From Eledone cirrhosa (taxonomy: Eukaryota): a DNA stretch of 64,000 nt. The position numbers and the translations under genes are program-made. The notes below the pieces were generated by a model. That model was given only the letters and a program-made list of their open reading frames with translations. It did no database searches and was not told where the DNA came from. Shown piece by piece: positions 58,716 through 64,000 of this stretch (positions are counted from its first letter, which is position 1; each line of letters starts with the position of its first letter). The DNA lies in assembly GCA_964016885.1 (NCBI GenBank), contig OZ024743.1:54560001-54624000 (forward strand). Direction: 5' to 3'.

Positions 58716-58870
58716 GGAAGCCATGCTTTCCAGCATAGTTACGTCCGTTTACGGTCTGAGGTCAAATCCCGACGAGGTTAACTTTGTCTTTCATCCTTAC
58801 GGGGTCGATAAAATAAAGTACCATTAATGTACTGGGCAATTGCTGGCCTTGTGCCAAAAGTAGAAACAAT
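58716..58870 (+). mobile_element. tRNA-derived SINE (family A), 5'-eroded; its tail runs into (ATT)n
   Basis: GGTCAAATCCCGACGAGG..CATCCTTACGGGGTCGATAAAATAAAGTACC..GCTGGCCTTGTGCC..AGAAAC. Confidence 0.75.
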
Positions 58871-58898
58871 TATTATTATTATTATTATTGTTGTTATT

Positions 58899-59291
58899 CC
58901 TTGAATCTCAGTCATTGATGTTGGTTAACTGGAAAGTCCGTTGGATTGAATATCAAGCCACTACCTGCAGCCTCAGATATTCAGGACGTATCGGAGGGTT
59001 CTTGCTGTTCCAAGCAAGCATGCCTTTTGAAGCGTTCCAAAAAGCGTGAAGGGGCCGATTTTCTTTAACCATCCCTGGAAACTTTTGGAGATAGTCCCCA
59101 GTGCGCCTATGACAATCGGGATCACTTTGACTTCATGGCAGTTCCAAATCCTTTTCACCTCCCACTTTAGGTCCTGGTATCGGTTAATTTTCTCCCTCTC
59201 CTTCTCTTGCACTCTCGTGTCGAACGGGCAGGCCACATCCACAATCAGGCACGATCTTTTTTCTTTGTCCACAACCACCAGGTCAGGTCTA

Positions 59292-59292
<1 letters not shown>
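58899..59292 (-). mobile_element. Dong/R4-clade RLE retrotransposon 3' fragment (copy 1) in (TAA)n
   Basis: RPDLVVVDK..IVDVACPFD...EKINRYQDL (PD..D-x-K restriction-like endonuclease) ...LQKACLLGTARTLR; ATT repeats on both sides. Confidence 0.88.
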
Positions 59293-59325
<33 letters not shown>

Positions 59326-59328
59326 GTT

Positions 59329-60524
59329 CTTTGAGTCTCAGTCATTGATGTTAGTTAACTGGACAGTTTGCTGAAATGAATATCAAGCCACTACCTGCAG
59401 CCTCTGATATTCAGGACGTATCGGAGGGTTCTTGCTGTTCCCAGCAAGCATGCCTTTTGAAGCGTTCCAAAAAGCGTGGCCGTGCCAATTTTCTTTAACC
59501 ATCCCTGGAAACTTTTTGAGATAGTCCCTAGTGCGCCTATGACAATCGGGACCACTTTGACTTCATGGCAGTTCCAAATCCTTTTTACCTCCCACTTTAA
59601 GTCCTGGTATCGGTTAATTTTCTCCCTCTCCTTCTCTTGTACTCTCGTGTCGAATGGGCAGGCCACATCCACAATCAGACACGATCTGTTTTCTTTGTCC
59701 ACAACCACCAGGTCAGGTCTATTGTGTTCCAGTTTCTTGTCTGTCTGTATCCTAAAATCCCACAGCACCTTCACCTGATCGTTTTCTATCACCGACTCTG
59801 GCTTATGCTCATACCACTTCTCAGAATGTGGTAAATTGTTTACTTTGCATAGGTGCCAGTGGGTCACCCTGCCCATCACATCATGTCTCCAGCCCTTATA
59901 GTGAGTCGGGGATAGGAGTTTACTCTCGGAGAACAATGTAAGCCACAGTTTCCTCTCTCTTTCCACAGATCCTGTACAGTGGGCTAGCCTCCTCCTTGTA
60001 AATATGGTGTTTCAACCACTTCGTTTTGAGGGCCTGTTCTTGCGCAGCCATTAACATTCCTTCTGTGGCTTTTTTAAGGTCTCCTCTTTTCAACCAGTTC
60101 CATGTCTGTGGATCTCTGAATTCAGTTTTCTCAAAGAAGATACTATGAAGGGATTTTTCACGAAGGCTGCTCTTTCTCCTTGTTGTTATTTCCTCCTTCG
60201 ACATCCCCTGGTCTATTGTCCTCTCCTTCAGTACAATTCTGAGCATTGGCTCCTTACTATCAGTCACGTATTTGTGTAGGTTGTTTTTCTCCATCTGAAC
60301 ACAGTCCTCTATTCTGATAAAACCTCTTCCACCTTCAGATCTACTTAAGTAGAGTCTATCGACATCACTCGTCCTGTGGAACATGTTGTAGATAGTCAAT
60401 AGCTTCCTAGTCGTCCTATCCATTTCTTTTTGTTCAGCAACATTCCATCTCAGAATTCCTGCACTGTACCTAATAATAGACACAACTCGGGAATTTACTG
60501 CACTTATGGCATTCTTACTGTTCT
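59329..60524 (-). mobile_element. Dong/R4-clade RLE retrotransposon 3' fragment (copy 2) in (TAA)n
   Basis: IRYSAG..DVDRLYLSRSEGGRG..AAQEQAL..(degenerate CCHC)..RHD..LWDFRIQTD..HNRPDL..; frameshift near 59940; ATT tracts on both sides. Confidence 0.9.
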
Positions 60525-60549
60525 ATTATTATTATTATTATTATTATTA

Positions 60550-60590
<41 letters not shown>

Positions 60591-60994
60591 GAATGCGATG
60601 GTTGACGGAGGCTCGGCTCTGTAAGGTATTGTAAATTTTGACCGCTATAACAATTGTAAATTGTTTAAAACTTTAACCAAATTGTAGACAAAAACGCCCT
60701 CCTCCTCGTGAGAGGGGTCTTTCTGCCCGTTATTTGGCCCTTCGGGGTTAAATAACCGCTTATTGGTGTTTTGTGCCCAATATTTATTTTAAACAAAAAA
60801 CAACATGGCCACGAAAAAGAATTTTCATAGGTCACTCCCACTCATTCCGTCTTCTTCTTCCTCAATCGTCACTACAGCAGAGAGAAGATTGTCTCTCTCC
60901 CTCCCTTCTCTAAATGTGTCTCTCTCCCTCCCTTCTCTTTCGCAAGCGACGCCAGTAAAGAAAAATAGTTTTCAAAATCACGTGAAAAACATGG

Positions 60995-61400
60995 AAGATT
61001 TCTACACACAGAAAAGACGCAATGTTTAGACAAATCACAGAGGAAATAAACATAAAAGAATTACAATCAAAATTAAATAGAAAATATGAGTGGAACAGCA
61101 ACATCACATCTTACAATTAAGGACAAAATGAAAACACACATGCACATAAAACAAACAACCAACTTGTAACATGTAAATAAAAAATAAATAAACGAATATA
61201 AACACACACAGACACCCGGATGTGGCGCATGCACAGACTGAGCACACAACACACACACAGAAACAAAATGGCGTAGGACAGAACAAAGGAGAGGCACAAA
61301 AACAAAGAAAAGAATCCCCAGTCACTGAAGAGGTCACAGAATGTGTGACGAAAGAACTTTGACAATATATAAACAACTATCTGGTTGTGGAACCAACCAA
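60995..61400 (+). mobile_element. Penelope-like element 3' tip (GIY-YIG C-terminus plus pseudo-LTR)
   Basis: A frame not listed in the ORF track reads STHRKDAMFRQITEEINIKELQSKLNRKYEWNSN*, matching SKQRNDPADRQIREASEIELRRPKLNRKNEWNNN of the 12130 ORF; followed by a hammerhead. Confidence 0.75.
61321..61363 (+). ncRNA. Minimal type I hammerhead ribozyme
   Basis: GUCA-CUGAAGA-G-GUCACA(GAAUG)UGUGAC-GAAA-GAACUU/UGAC: stem I 4 bp, stem II 6 bp, minimal stem III, intact core. Confidence 0.75.
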
Positions 61401-61585
61401 CCAACCGGAAATTTATAAATTCCTAAATTTATAAATGTATTATAATAAATTGAAGTGAAAGCAACTGGTGCGTGTGTTTCTTATTGGCAACATGACCGTC
61501 CCAAAGTATAACAATATCGGTTTCAAACACGTTTTCAGATAAAGAATCTTGCTAAACAAATTCAGAAACGAAATATATATATATG

Positions 61586-61630
<45 letters not shown>

Positions 61631-61645
61631 ATATATATGTGTATA

Positions 61646-61732
<87 letters not shown>

Positions 61733-61751
61733 ATATGTGTGTATATGTGTG

Positions 61752-61812
<61 letters not shown>

Positions 61813-62144
61813 ATATATATATATATATGTATATATATATGTATGTATGTATATGTGTGTGTGTATGTGTTTGTGTGTGTTGGACATACGTCAGTTCGAT
61901 GGCAAAGCTTCCAGTGATCGTGAACTTACCGTATAAGTAGCTAAGCATTTCACAAACATGTACTCCCTTATCTAATTTCTATTAAATTATAGGCTCAACT
62001 CATTTTTTTCATGTGGTTGTACTGGACCAACGTGAAATAAAGTGTCTTCCTTAAGAGCACAACTTACAGCTGGGAATCGAACTCACAATCTTACGAACGG
62101 GTACCGAATAACATAACAACGCATCAACGCGTTTTCTCGATATA

Positions 62145-62358
62145 TAAGAGGGTATGCTGAAATGTTCTTGGGTTTAACTGTTAGAGAGCCTGATTCGAGG
62201 TCCAACATTCGGAGTTCCTTTTACAGGGCAAAAACACTGAGGAATCGCTGCAATACGTGTGTGAATCTGAAAGGGGAATATGTCAAATAAAATCATAATT
62301 AACTTATCCTCCTACATTTTCTTTTACGCAAAGCCATGAAACTTTTAAGAAACCCTCT

Positions 62359-62360
<2 letters not shown>
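62145..62360. mobile_element. Degenerate Tc1/mariner-type MITE
   Basis: Imperfect TIRs AAGAGGGTATGCTGAAATGTTCTTGGGTTT and AAAGCCATGAAACTTTTAAGAAACCCTCTT in a TA context. Confidence 0.5.
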
Positions 62361-62454
<94 letters not shown>

Positions 62455-62906
62455 GTATATCTACCAACATATATATACAGATGTATACCTATGCAAGCAA
62501 ATATATAGGTTTTGTCTTAGTAACTTTGTAGTTCAATGCAAGGGGATGCAGAACAATTATATGAAAAACGTAAAATAAGAAAATTATAGTAATTAGCTTA
62601 TTTACTTAAATTTCACTCCAACTAATTAATTTCTGAAAGGGAATATACATGTAGAACATGGAGAAACCTTTTCGTCACCAGAGAGTCATTCTCAGCTAAG
62701 ATACCTGGCGATGCGTGGACACAGGGAACTTATACAAAAATATATTCAGTGGATGGAAGAGAGCAAGAGGGAATTAAATTCCAGGACACTGAAAAAATCA
62801 CTGCCTTCTTGCTCGATGGCAAATTCAAAAGAATCAATCACGTGACATCGAGGTTAATCAGTGAGGAGTGGGGTGTTAAAAAGACAGTAGCCAAGCTGTT
62901 ACCATA

Positions 62907-62957
<51 letters not shown>

Positions 62958-63033
62958 GCTAATATTTCTTTAGTAAAACAAGTCGAAAGTTTCTATTTAT
63001 AATTTCAAATCTCGCTCTGTTTCAAAACAAACC

Positions 63034-63070
<37 letters not shown>

Positions 63071-63085
63071 ATGTGTGTGTGTGTG

Positions 63086-63173
<88 letters not shown>

Positions 63174-63472
63174 AAGGAACACATATATATTTAAAAAGCA
63201 AGCATAGATACATATATGAGTGTAGTCTACATTCAAAGATGTGGCTCAATGAATGAATTAAATAAAAAATCATTAATCACAGCTATATAAAATTATAAGT
63301 TTGAAGAACGGGCAGATAAAATTTACCTAATTGTTCTTCTTCGTCCGGAGAAATTAGTAAATAATCAATTAAACCGAGCTAAGTTTAAAATATAAATTTG
63401 AAGAAATAATAGATAAGTGTTTATCAATATTCCTCTAGATTTTTATCTGCCTGTTCTTCAAACACAATTAAT

Positions 63473-63551
<79 letters not shown>

Positions 63552-64000
63552 ACACACAGACAGATGGAAGAAAGGAACACAATAAATAAATACAATAAAG
63601 AAAACGCTATAACTTCAACGATAGACACGCATAAACATGCGATCACTCATAAGGATAAAAGCAGAGACAGTGTAGCGTGTCTAGGCTGTGGCATATAAGA
63701 CAGACAGTCAGACAGAAACAGACAGGCACATGAATATACTGCTAGGGAGGGAACTGACACGTGAGGCGCTCGGAGGATATAAAAACCGGTGATAATGTGA
63801 AATAAGTGCAATACGTAAATAATAAGTAAACAAATAAATAAACGAATAAATAAATAGTATATTGTTATTTTAATACTTTTTTCTTTTTTTCTTCCATGCC
63901 AAGGCAAAGAAAGGTTCCGGGCCGGGCCGTAAACGTCAGGTAAAAATCGCAAAGTTGAAAATTTATGGCCGTAATATATTTGCAGTGTTTGTCGGTGCCC

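Overview
Eukaryotic, AT-rich DNA saturated with repeats, with no recognisable host protein-coding gene. The repeat repertoire (dense TA, GT, GATA, TAT and GAA microsatellites; two tRNA-derived SINE families; RTE, CR1, Penelope and Helitron relics) looks like an octopus or other cephalopod intergenic or intronic region, which is an inference. Main content: (1) a full-length ~5.8 kb Tx1-clade LINE (ORF1 with CCHC; ORF2 with APE, RT and CCHC) plus two 5'-truncated Tx1 copies, all inserted in (GATA)n in the same orientation; (2) two tandem Dong/R4-type RLE retrotransposon copies inserted in (TAA)n; (3) two Penelope-like GIY-YIG 3' ends whose terminal regions share NRF1-like and YY1-like motifs and a minimal hammerhead ribozyme; (4) three non-autonomous Helitrons; (5) a ~10.3 kb C/A-skewed satellite built from 16-bp, ~60-bp and 124-bp units with higher-order repeats; (6) a recurrent set of long fold-back palindromes anchored at (TA)n, one of which carries a hammerhead-like motif in each arm. 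Almost all ORFs in the supplied track are microsatellite or satellite artefacts. Coordinates were read by eye, so boundaries of old repeats are approximate.
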